A stretch of 56,732 nucleotides of DNA, filler included, from Piptocephalis cylindrospora (lineage: Eukaryota), in the NCBI GenBank assembly GCA_003614145.1. It is 4 parts of 4 records of this genome, joined end to end, with 100 filler letters (N's around TTAATTAATTAA, not from the genome) between each part and the next. Parts side by side here need not be neighbours in the genome. Positions count along the whole stretch, not along the records: positions 1 to 14,163 come from KZ987927.1; 3 more parts are not named here. One strand, 5' to 3'. This document shows, piece after piece, positions 1 to 11,564 of the stretch. The position numbers were made by a program, and so were the translations under genes. The stretch's first letter is position 1; each line of letters begins with the position of its first letter. The notes beneath the pieces were generated by a model. That model ran no database searches and was not told the DNA's origin. It was given only the letters and a program-made list of their open reading frames with translations.

Positions 1-904
1 GGGGGGGGTAATGAAGGGTCCCGGTTCTTATAACGGTACTCTTATAGTTTAATCCCTGAAGTTATTTAATGATCAGTTTATATTTGCTTTAATTCTTGCT
101 GATCGTGTTGCCCTTGCGCTTCTAGTGTATTTTATTTCATCAAGTATGGTTCCCCGGAAGAGGAGTGACGAAAAAAAGAGTCCATAGTGGTATAAATACT
201 AGTGCACTTTCGTGAGGCCGCGCATGTTGGATTGATCTTGGCTGTTACCATTTGGAGTACATTAACGGCCTTAGGGCTAGAAAGAGGGAATGACGGTCTA
301 ATTACCGGGCATGTTCAAAGAGAGGGTGTATCAAGGCGGAGGAAGGGTAAATTAGAAGGGGGCGATTGAGGAGAAGAGATACGAGAGAAAGGAATCGAGG
401 ATATAGAGCGGTAAAGGTGATTTACATCCTTATCTATTATTAGGCCAGTAGTGTAGATAAGGAAAATAAAATTGTTCTTCAAGGAAAGCGTACAGCCCAG
501 TAAAGATGGAGATCATGATGAGTTGGCTGGGAGAGGCATCTAAGACTATTGCTTTTTCCCTCTGTAAAATAGTAGCCTAATCAATCTACTAGTGCTATCT
601 TCTCAATCATCTAGTCACACGCAGAAGAGCAAAGGTATTGAGAGGAAGAGAAAATGGGTCTGTGTATATTCTGCATGGATTGGCCCTATACGTAGTGCCT
701 CTTGGACGAGCTAAGGAAGCACCATTCACAATACAGAAAAACTAGGCAGACAACCATAGGGCCGATCTCATCCCCAAGAGATCCTATCCTCCTTGATACA
801 CCTATCGGGTAGGGTTCCGGTAGGAGCACCATCAGATAGGCAATAAAGGTAACGGCTTCATCGTTACCAAGTGGATAATGACCAGGATAATGCTAGTCTC
901 ATCA

Positions 905-3900
905 TCAGGAAGAGCGGGAGGAAAATCGTGAAAAGGAGAAAATTCTGCTCAACAACGAATCTCTCGACATTCTCGTGGGCTTCTGGGCGCCTCTGGAGGC
1001 CTCGGCATAGTTAGCTTCACGCTTGATGATAAATGATCTCTTCTAAAGTACATAAGACGATAGGGAATTCAGAGATTATAGGCATCAAAGATAGAGAGAG
1101 AGGTGTGAGTGATTAAGAGACACAATTCATGGAGCGGCCACCATCATCTGAAAGTACGATACCTTGGTAATACCAAATGCCCTCTTCGTCTTGCCGAGTA
1201 GCTTGTTGAAGCGCTATATTCATGATGGTAGGGCATAAAGTAAGTGGATTGTTGGTTAGTTGGTAAAGTCGTTAGTATAGGCTAGAGGGTATTTATATGA
1301 AATCAACACAGCTGCTAGATGACCTACAGAAGTCTTTGTCTACATCATATCAATTATAAATGATTGACGATTTAACTAGTTAATGAGTGGATATTATACA
1401 AGGATACCAAAACCGCTGATCAGCTTACCGGAGTGGTTGGCTACATTACATTGTATGAATTCTAGACGGTTAGTAATGAATTGGGTGAGAGATCGAGAAC
1501 TACCAATTGACTTACCAATTCCATTGGCTACGTCATATTAATTATGGTTGATTGGTAATTCCAACAGTTAATGGCAAGTTAGATGAGAGCACCAAAACTG
1601 TTGACCGACTTACCGGAGTGATTGCCTATATCGTATTAACCATGGGTGGGAGGGAGCATGGATGGTTGAGGCGGATAGTGATTGGGGATTAAAAGGAAAG
1701 GGAGAATCAATGAGTGGTAAGGAGACAGTTGAAGAGAGGGGGTGCATGCAAAGTAGACAACTCCCTTCTAAAAGCCACTCTTCTTCAAATCCCCCAATAA
1801 GCCTACAATTTTCCGAGCGTTCTTGACAGCATTCTCGATAGGATCAAGAATTTTCGATAGATTGGGATCTTGATTCCTCATCCTCATGATGTCATCAGAG
1901 AACTTTGCATATTTTACCTCAGCATGTGCAGTAGCCAATGCAGATGATTCCGATGTGATTTTCGAGTATTCAATGAGCAGCTCGTTCCTTTTCTAGTCAA
2001 TGTGGAGGCGCAGGAACACCAGTATAAATGAGTGCATAATTAGGCTGTGAAAAAAAATGGGAAATCCTTCATCAGACTCCTCATCCCTCTGATTAGTCCT
2101 TATCCATTTACCTTCTCAGCTTCCCGCTTAACGGATATCTGGTCAGTTGCAGGTAATTTCCGAGCTACTTTCCACTCTTCATTGATCAGCTTATTATGTT
2201 CCCAATCAATGCGGAAGCGCGGGGACATCAGTATAGATGAGTGCATAATTAGGCTGTGAAAAATGGGGATTCCTTCACCAGACTCCTCGTCTCTCTATGA
2301 TGAGTCTATATCCACTTACATTATCGGGACGGGCTTTGGGCAAGGTCATTCCCTGATTTTGATCCTTTAAGGTGGCGCCAGCTACATTAGAGAGAGAATG
2401 ACAAAGATGCTTAGAGGATAAGGAAAAGGAGGAGGGAAGTACTCGATAAATTCTTATATATCTTACACTTTTGACTATTCGTGTTCTATCAAGTGTAAGG
2501 ATGAGAACATGATGGGAGGGTAATGGGATGAGAGGGTCCTTGACAGAGATTTGTGGAGGTGACAGAGAGATCAAGCAGTAGTTTACTCCTCAAACGTTGC
2601 CTTCCATCTATATCAAGCAAGGGGACATATCTCACGAGGTGTGTAATGTAAGTTGACTTACCGGTTTGTCCATGACGAGAGGATAATAACGATCACCAGG
2701 AAAAAGCTCATCAGGCATGCTCTGTATCAATTGTTTAAATAAACGAGATTTTTCAGAATCATTCAAGTCCTTGATCAATGGATCAGCCTTAAATGCGTTG
2801 TTTCGCTCTGTAGAGGTTGGTCTGATCTATTATTTAGAGTAGCGTCAAGGCGCATCACATGATGGATGGTGGTGGATATGTAAGTAAAAGGTGGAATTAA
2901 GAATAATGTAAGAAGAGATTGTGCGCATCTCTCCTACATCCATGAACAATCCCACATTCCCCATCGCAGCTGTATGACCTACATACAATGCGATGATCAT
3001 CTTAGAACCAAGAGCACCTACATTTTCGTTAAATATAATTTTGATAAGGCTATCTTGCTCGGCGTCCGTGAGATCTGAAATGTCTGTGATCTTCGACCTG
3101 CTGCCTGTGGGCTTGTCGATCTATTATTATTATAATTACCAAAGAAAAGTGGATATCGGTTTTTGTAGGCGGGTGAGTATTATCCACTGGTAGCGCTAAA
3201 GCGCGATGACGACGGATCTTATTATTCAAGGATCAATCTCTTTTCGTCAATGGGAAATGCCCCTTGGACGAAAGAGGTTCACCAAGTGTGAAAGCGCTTT
3301 GTGGGCATACAACCGTCTATCCATTGCCTCCGCGATAGATCATCAGCAATGGTAAATAAGAAAAGCTTACATCAAGTTTGGTTGTATCTGTACGTCCATT
3401 CACGGATCGTGGGGCCGCTTGGGGGTTTGTCTGTCTCTGGGATTCCGTCTGCAATTTATCCTAGTGGTGATGATATAGAAGCGGAGCGTCAGTAAGCAAA
3501 AATAAATAACTCTGATTGATTAGAACATGCACACAGATTTTATCAGACTACTTGATAGAGTCGTCTCTCATCCGGAGAAGAGAACTGGGCTTTTCTAGAA
3601 AGCCGCAATATGCCTTTCCCTCCACACACACTGAGAAATTCATCCTAAAAACGCAAACGCTCTTACCTTGGCGATTCGGCTCCTCCCAAATGCTTTGTCT
3701 AGCTTGAGGTTCATTTCCGAAAGCTGCTACGGAAGCAAGGAAGATGTGAATAATGTGAATCCTTTCGAAAGAAGGAAAAGTGATTGTGCGTCTCCATGTA
3801 CGCCCTCTCTTCAATCCAGGAAGAAAAGAAGCATCTACAAATCAAAGAAAATACCTTGGGGTTCCCTAAAGGCTTGGCATCATCAAGTGCTAAACGTGCC

Positions 3901-5756
3901 TTATCAAGGGACTATATGAGTGTTGACGAGCATGTGAAATTGAAAGATCAGTGAGCATTGAGCTAGCTAAAATTATATCCTGGATCAATGAACCTGATAC
4001 GAAATAGGTTATGAGGCGTCTGCGTCAACTTTACTTACCTTTCTAATGTAATCCATTGACATCTTGTAATTATTTATAGGGCATAGGAAAAGTGAATGAA
4101 AAGTATTAATTAGTGAGATTAGACAGGAGTGTCCCGTGAAGCATGTGTAAAGCCAAACCTGTGATTACCTTTGCGGCCAAGCTCGGGTCCTTCTAATTTA
4201 AAGAAACATGATTTAGAAAAGAGTGAGTGAAGGTGTTCATGAGAAAAAAACACACACACCCGATCAACTATATCGTTCTAGTGCTATCCCAATTGTTTTT
4301 GCACCACTGCCATTACCTCAATATCATCCAGTCGCCGGGTAGCCCTGGCCAAATGCTAATAAGCATATAGAAGGAATGAACAAGCTCATTGTAAGTCATC
4401 CAAGTCCCAGAAATCTTAACCATTGCCGTAACCAGAAATTACCGTATTGAATTTCTTGACATTTTGCTGCTGTTAATCGATTATAGTGGGTTGGAGAAAT
4501 GAGCTAACAATTTCAATGGGCTACTCATTCCAATAACGAATTACCTGTTCTGGGGTTACCTGTTCTGGGGTTAATGTTTCCTCTTTAACAACAGGAGTTT
4601 TCGTCTACCGTGCATTTTGGGGGGTTGTTATCCGAGAGAGTAATAGGACAATCGAGAAGGTTTCACGTCCATGACACAGGATGATGAGGGTGGTGTCGTT
4701 AGTGAATAAATTCTCCGAACCATTGATGCGTATTATATCCTTACGTTGTCGGGTTGGCGATTCTGTGTCACTTTCGTGTTGGTCTTCCTCTTTTCGGTAT
4801 TCCCGACAGTAACTTTTTCTGGTTCTTTGTTGGTAATCTATGAAGCATAGATGGGTATCGTAATAGGATGGGGTAAGTGAATGGTCACCAATCATTTCTA
4901 CCCTATACGAGATGCTGAGCATTTCAAGGCCTTTTATATATAGCATTGTGGCTTACCGTGTTTTTACCTGGAGAGGGCTTCGAATAGACATGGAAAGGCA
5001 CATTGGGATCATCTAAGGGTAGAAGACAATAAGAAGCCACACCTTATCAAAAAAAGCCTCGAATGCTGCTCAAAAAGGCTAAAAGGATCAATGAACCCAT
5101 GAAAATAAACATACCGTGACTGGCGAGTTGAGGTTCCTATACAGCATACATAAGGAGTTTTTTTAAGTAGTTAGATTTTAGTACAATCCGAACAAATATT
5201 AAACATTCATTTGGACTCCCGATCCCCTCAAAAAGAGGTATGAGGAAGAAAACTTACATATTGCTTTAGTGCTGATTCATTTATGTACAATATGCGCAAG
5301 ATACCATATATCGAGGAGGAAGATCGAGGATAACCGATCAAAAAAGGGACGAGAAAATGAGTATTTAAATGACATGACCATGGGTTTATGTGATCCAGAA
5401 AAAAATGATTCCTCAGAAGATCACATCCCAACGAAATAGAAAGCCGTGCGCTTGTACCTCATATAAAGATAAAGATCCCCTACCCGCACGCCATTAATGT
5501 GAAAAAAGGTAGTGTACTCACCTGGGTGGACTACCACTGGTTTGGCGCCTCCACCAGGGACTGAAGCTATGAACAGAGGATAGGCCGTAAGTGAACCTGC
5601 TAATTTACTTTTATCCCCTATTCACGTCATGATATTGTATCCGCACAGGTCATCTGCATGGGAAATAAAGATGTACTCACCATGTCCCGGAGAAGGGGCA
5701 ACAATAGGATGGGCGGCCAAGCAGGCCACGACGAAGATGAGAGCGGTGACCTTCAT
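905..5756 (-). CDS. Secreted protein of unknown function, ~25-26 exons with many micro-exons (~484 aa; ~514 aa with the doubtful exon 2201-2112)
   Basis: Hand-spliced model with GT..AG boundaries and no in-frame stops. Exons: 5756-5681 (signal peptide MKVTALIFVVACLAAHPIVA), 5566-5522, 5271-5258, 5136-5115, 5012-4957, 4837-4745, 4604-4545, 4469-4443, 4355-4317, 4192-4169, 4062-4039, 3911-3855, 3726-3667, 3460-3371, 3120-3022, 2826-2662, 2485-2467, 2381-2320, [2201-2112, acceptor reads TGG], 1992-1807, 1625-1614, 1527-1516, 1440-1429, 1339-1328, 1213-1163, 1042-905 (ends ...SFSRFSSRSS*). Intron phases are consistent throughout; individual exon choices remain uncertain. Confidence 0.7.
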
Positions 5757-8700
5757 GGTGACAACTGAAAGGAGACGTGTGAGGCCGGACCAGACGAGAT
5801 TGGATGATAGAAAGGGATTGATGGTTGGGATCGGGTGAGAGGTTGCTCAAAGTCAATCTCAAAAGACGATACGGAGGTGGTGCAATGGGCAGAAGCGGGG
5901 AGAAGATCAAAGGAGCGGTGCGAGACTGTATAATTTGGAGGATGGCCAGCACAGAGATGAGAAGGAGGAGGAGAAAGAGAATGGTTTAAGAGAAGGCTCG
6001 CAACAGGATGTGAGTAGGGGTGTTGGAAGCTGGAAGGGATTGCACCAGGCAATGCACAGCAGCAGGAGGGATAGGGAGAGTGAGGAGGAGGAAACGAGAG
6101 GAAGGGGAAGGTCGCGAGGGCGAGGAGGAGGAGGAGGAGGGAGATAAAGTGGGACGGGAGGGAAGATGGCGAAGGAGAAAGTGCGAGGAAGAGCGGGAAT
6201 TGGTGAAAGGAGAGAGAATGGGTATAAATAAAGAAGGGAGGAGTAGGCTTCGCAAGATATGCTTTATCGGACCTTTATACCCAGTGGATCGGTCGAGGGT
6301 TCTCGCCTCCCAAATTCGGTAGAACGAGTGACTTGAGGAAAGCAGAGATTTCCAGGGTCCCGATTACGGAGTTTGAACAAGAAGATGAAAGGTCATTCTA
6401 TCAACTCAGTCTATGCTATTAGCTTTGCACAGTGGCCGTTACATGGGAAAATCCGAGTTTGAAAAGGCACCTCCGCTCCAGAGCAGCATCGTCGTCGCTC
6501 TCCCTCTCGCCGCAGTATTCGTTGTACCTTCCGTCCTAATATTCGGAGCTTATTCAGCGTGCTTTTTTACCATGACTTTCGGAGTTTGAGACAGAAAAAT
6601 TATACAACCGACCAGCCATAATGTCCGCAGTTTACCATTGTTCTCTCTCTCCTGACCGCTTGGCACTTTATAATCTTATGGTGTCTACGGGTTTCTTCCT
6701 TCCATGATCTCTCCTCTCCGCCCTCCATCGGAGGTGTACGATAGAGAGATATGCTGATGATTGTGGAGTGGATTTATTGTGATCCATCGCTAGATCGGCG
6801 GAACTGGATGGCAGATGCCTGGTAAGGATATGTAAAGAAAGGGATGTAGGTTCTGGGAAGTGGGATAATTGAGGATGACAATAATGATGACTAGAAAAGT
6901 GGGGAAATGAGATGACTTATTTCTCAGAGAAAGACGTACCAGAGATGAAGGAAAAAATCACAGGGGGGGTTTAGAATTCTACTTCAGTTTCCATCTCAGT
7001 TTCTATCATTCTCATCTTCATCTCCATTCTAGTCTTCTCATTTTTGACCCTTCTACAGAAGGCGGTCTTCCTTTGGTTCAAGTGCCTTTCAGCATGCTTT
7101 TACGCTTCTCTTCCTCCTTCAGAGACCCAGTCAGTTGGTTCGGATAGGGAAAGGAGTAATGTCAGAAGGTTGGGCCTGAGTGCTATGGGTCTCTATCCAA
7201 CGGCCAAAATCAGCCCCTCTAATCTCAAACAACGATTAGGTAGTAAAGTACAGCTTGGTGTATCCATCAGGGATCAGAGAATTCCAAGGCGCCAAGGAGC
7301 TATCTAGATGGACTACCTATAAAACGGATTTATCCCGCCCGGGATTTGAATGGTTTATCGTGCATTCAAGCCCTAGGCAGATGTGTCCTCGCCATCTACC
7401 CCAGATTAGATGCATGAGTACTCCATACACTTCTCATGTACTCGAGTCCCAGCAATTGTGCATGAATCACTGCCTTACCGCTTGAATGATACCCGTCGCG
7501 GTCTCAGTCTTTAGCAATGATTCAGGGAATATATCGGTGAAGAGTACGACCAAACTAGGCCCAGTTCTTTTTGGCTCACTGCACTCTTCTTGAGCCATCA
7601 CATATCCATCGTATATTTTTTGGATCTTTAACTTCTTCTTAAATCCCGCCCTCTTCCCCATCCTCTTTTGTATTGGTCCTGAAGACAAGCAATAATCAAA
7701 TTATCATAAAAAACATTTCTTGTAGGAATTGAGAATGCTTTTCTTTTGACTTGTACTTTCCTGGGTACATACTGCGAATGCTCTATTTACAGGGCGCTTC
7801 TATGAATAGACATCCCTTCCATTCCTTTTTTCCTATACACATCTACCCCAGCGGAGGCCAAAGTATGACGAAAATATGATGATAATAAAATCGCTTTGCT
7901 TTCCTTCAACAAAGTAGGCTGACAGGTATCCGAGCGCAGTATTCATTTGAACGGTTAGCATGCGCATGCATGAGAACAGTGCCTAATGAACAGTAATTCT
8001 CATCAAGGTGGTGTGCATTCTGATATTTTATTTATGTAATAAAGGATGTGATTTTAACGGTTTAAAAATATTCTCTATCTCTACTACTGATAAAAGAGTG
8101 AGTTATTATTGGTATTATATGTTGAGTGTCAAAGGAGCATATGGCATGGTCACCCTGGTACCACACAGGCCGGCTTAAGGGTGGGTATTACGTTCGGATA
8201 TCCATCAGCCTACCCCACCTAGGGAAAATAGAATGGGCTCACTATTACTACAGCATATGATATGGTCAACATCTGTGTAGTTATGTAGAGATACAATATC
8301 TGCCATAAGCACTCATCCAATATGCATACACTCAACCGTTTCACTTGTCTCAGAGCATAGCCTTGGGCGTTGTGGTGATTAGAAGCGTGTGCATCATCCT
8401 GACTGCGAGGTTAGTGGCTAATTATAGTCCTTGTCCAACACAGGAATCTCCACTTTTCTCCAAGTTTAGTACGGCACACTCACCTATGCATGTTGCATTC
8501 TAGGCTTATCCAATGGTCCCATATGCACCCCAAACCTCCTACCCTCTGAACCAATCCTGCTTAATCAATCCTGGGCACCTCTTTCGTCCTCCTCCTCACT
8601 TGCCTTGCGCCTTAGTCACAGCGGGTGTGCGTACGCACGCGTTCACTCCGCTTAGACATAAAAAGGATTAGGCTTGGCAGGCCGTGCCCATCTTCCTCCC

Positions 8701-8863
8701 TTCCCCTCTCCTCCCCTCCTCCCCGCTTCCTTCCTTAACTGCTCATTTCGCGTTCGTAAAGTCGTCTCTTCGTGCCCAGTTCCGTCCCTACGTTAGTTCT
8801 TTCGTATCCAAACCTTCGTGCCCCCTAGCTCTTTAGCCCGTTCATCAGTTTTCTTTTGCCTAG

Positions 8864-9008
8864 GTAGGTCATCTGCGAAGGATATACGGTGGTGCATTCT
8901 GAGCGCTAGCTTTGATTTTTTTTACCGCCCCTTGGAGGCGTGTGAGCTTGGGGCTTGAGGGTGTGCTAATCTAATCATCCCTTCTCCCCTCCCCTCGCCC
9001 CTACCTAG
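8864..9008 (+). other. Probable 5'-UTR intron of the kinase-like gene
   Basis: AG|GTAGGT donor at 8864, GCTAAT branch-like motif, pyrimidine tract, and TAG acceptor at 9008 (or 9012) just before ATG 9017. Confidence 0.5.
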
Positions 9009-9016
9009 CTAGCACT

Positions 9017-11564
9017 ATGTCCCACGTCACTCCCGAGAATTTGTGGAGCGAATCCAAGAAGACCATTGAGGTCTTAGAGCAAGCCCCTGTCCAGACCGAG
9101 TCTCTGATTCAGCTCTGCGGGGTATACCGGCGCCTAATTGCCCGAGAGCAAAGGATTGATCAGTTGGATAGCATGGCTATCGATCTGCTCATTGGACTGA
9201 CGGAACCTCTGCAGGCCCTGGTCAGTCATGGTGATCTGGTGGAATGCACCTCTTTGGACTCTCTTACGGCTGAAGGCCTTGGGATTGCTCAGGGCTTGCA
9301 AAAGTTTCTCCTCAATTACCATGCCCAGGGAGTCTTGTACCGGGCGTGCAACTGGATCAGCTCCTGGAATGAGCGGTCGGTTGAGACTTTTCTGAACCAA
9401 TTGGATGGATTTGATGACGGGGTAATCCGATACATCGCAAAGTACCTCCGCGCCCCAGCTTCCATTGACAGACCTGAGCGGGAGAGGCAGTCGAATGGAA
9501 TAGCACTGGAGGGAAAGGTGCAAGAGGAGGATAAGGTTCAAGTGGACGACCTTCCCGATGTGGGCGCCGCCCCTGGCCCCAAGTTTAACCCTCGTGATGG
9601 TAAGTGACATGAGGGATTCATCTGTATGCTGACTCTCTGCTCCACTCACCTTTCCCTCTCTCCTTCCCCCCCTCTCTCCTCCCCCCCCCTCTCTCTCTCT
9701 ATGTGCTATTTACTTTCGATAGACATGTTCACAGGGTCCCTTCTCGGAAGAAAGTTTGTCCTCCTCAACACTCCCATCTTGGGAACCTCGGACGCGGATG
9801 TGATTTGGAAGGCTAAGAATAAGAGGATTTGCACGGAGGTGGCCCTCAAGTTTTATCGGGTCGAGGAGCGCTTTGAAAAGGAGTGTCAAGCGCTCAAGGA
9901 CCTTGGAAGCGCCGAGTGCAAGCACATCCCCACCATCATCACGACGTTCAAGGGAAAGACAGAGACTGAAGGATGGGAGAGTTACAATTGCCTAGTGATG
10001 GACTTTTGTGAAGTTCCGCTATCCGAGTTTATCCATCAAACTCGAGGTCCAGAGCTGACCATCCACTACATCAAGATGGTGATTAGTGATATTTCCGATG
10101 CTCTCTTGGCGGTTCATCGGACAGGTTATGGTAAGTAAGCCGAGAGGGATTGTAGGAAGGTCTTGCCTCTCTCTAGAGTCAGCGTCTCATCTAACAACAC
10201 ATCCTTTCCTCCTCAACCACCTCCCATAGTGCATTGCAATGTTAAGCCCGAGAATGTGCTTCAAAAGAGGAATCCTGGCGCCTTGGTGCCCACATGGATG
10301 CTTGTGGACTTTGATTCGGCCACCCGGATCAACGAGCCCATGAGGATGACAGGAGGAGTCAACTATGTGGCACCAGAGGTGGCAGAAAATGAGCTCTTGG
10401 ACCAGGAGAGCACAGCATTCCCTGCTATTGATGCCTATGCACTTGGCCGGATCCTTCAGTTCATGATGACACCTATTGGATGGTGGCCCCGGGTGAAGGA
10501 TACGGATGAAGAGAAGATGCGATATCTCTCAGAGATGACGGAGATCAAGGTGAAGCAGACTGGGAGCGTGGATGAGCACACGGCTCGCGCAATCAACCAT
10601 CTAATCCACCGGGATCCCGATATGCGTCGGGACATTGAGCGGTTCCGGAACAGTACGTTCATCGGAGGAGGCAGCGATACAAAGGAGATGGATGATCTAA
10701 AGAAGGATACCGATGTGGCCAGGGCGGTGCACCAGCAGATGAAGACCATGCAGAGCAGTGTGGGTAACATTAGCCAGGGTATGTCGGACATTAAGCTTGG
10801 AGTGGATACGGCGGTGAACAAGATGGATGACATTATGGACAGTGTGCAGGCCATGCGTAACCAGGCATTGAACATGGCCGTGAATGTCGTTCCCCGCCTC
10901 TTCCTCCTTATTCCGGATCCCTCGAGGAACATCCTTAATGTGAGCGACTGGGGCCGAGACCATTTCACCTTTGTGTTCATGTGCGAGTGCGAGAACCCTC
11001 ATCCCGGGTACCATCCCGGGTACAAGCTGTCGGAGCCCAAGAAATTCCTGGTCAAGTACGGACCGCACATCCGACTGGTCCTCCAAATGACTTTAACCGC
11101 GGTGTCGGTGGCAGGAAAAGTCGCAGGCATCCCAACACTCTTCCCCCCCGGTACCATGGATGCGCTTCAGTCTATTGGAAAGAGCGGGGAGGAGCTCTTT
11201 GCTCGGGTGGAAGCGTTTAGCAAAAAGCTTGCGGTCATTGGGACCGAGTTGGACAAGGCCAGCGTAGTGGATCCGGTGATGAGTCAGACGGGTGGACAGG
11301 GGAAAAAGGCCTATGGTACTTTTAGTGAGAAGGATATGCGCGCCATTGAAGGTAAGGCTTTTGCGGATATGTGAGACGTGTGGCCCATACTCATGATCCC
11401 CTTTCCTTCTTCCCCCCTCAGCTTACCTTGAGAGCAAGGACCCGAGCCGGAGTCTTGGAAACCTTCGTCGGTGCACGCATCGAAAGTCCGGGGCTGTGAG
11501 ATGGCTGTGTGATGACCATCTGGATAGTGGCGAATATCTTGTGGCGAATACCGAGGAGGAGTAA
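9017..11564 (+). CDS. Protein kinase-like (probable pseudokinase) with helical N-terminal domain, coiled coil and conserved C-terminal domain
   Basis: Exons 9017-9599, 9723-10130, 10230-11351, 11422-11564. Kinase motifs: VALK, HCNVKPEN, DFD, YVAPE, DAYALG. C-terminal motifs: VPRLFLLIP, FMCEC, HPGYKL..P..F...YGP, LGNLRR...G.VRWLC..H. Confidence 0.85.

Noticed and set aside
4260..4316. In-frame TAG stops suggesting the secreted gene is a pseudogene
   Set aside because: A GTAATG donor at 4316 places them inside a 124-nt intron, preserving the frame.
7044..8100. Short ORFs and AT-rich tract between the secreted gene and the kinase
   Set aside because: No recognisable motifs, terminal repeats or consistent splice pattern found by eye.
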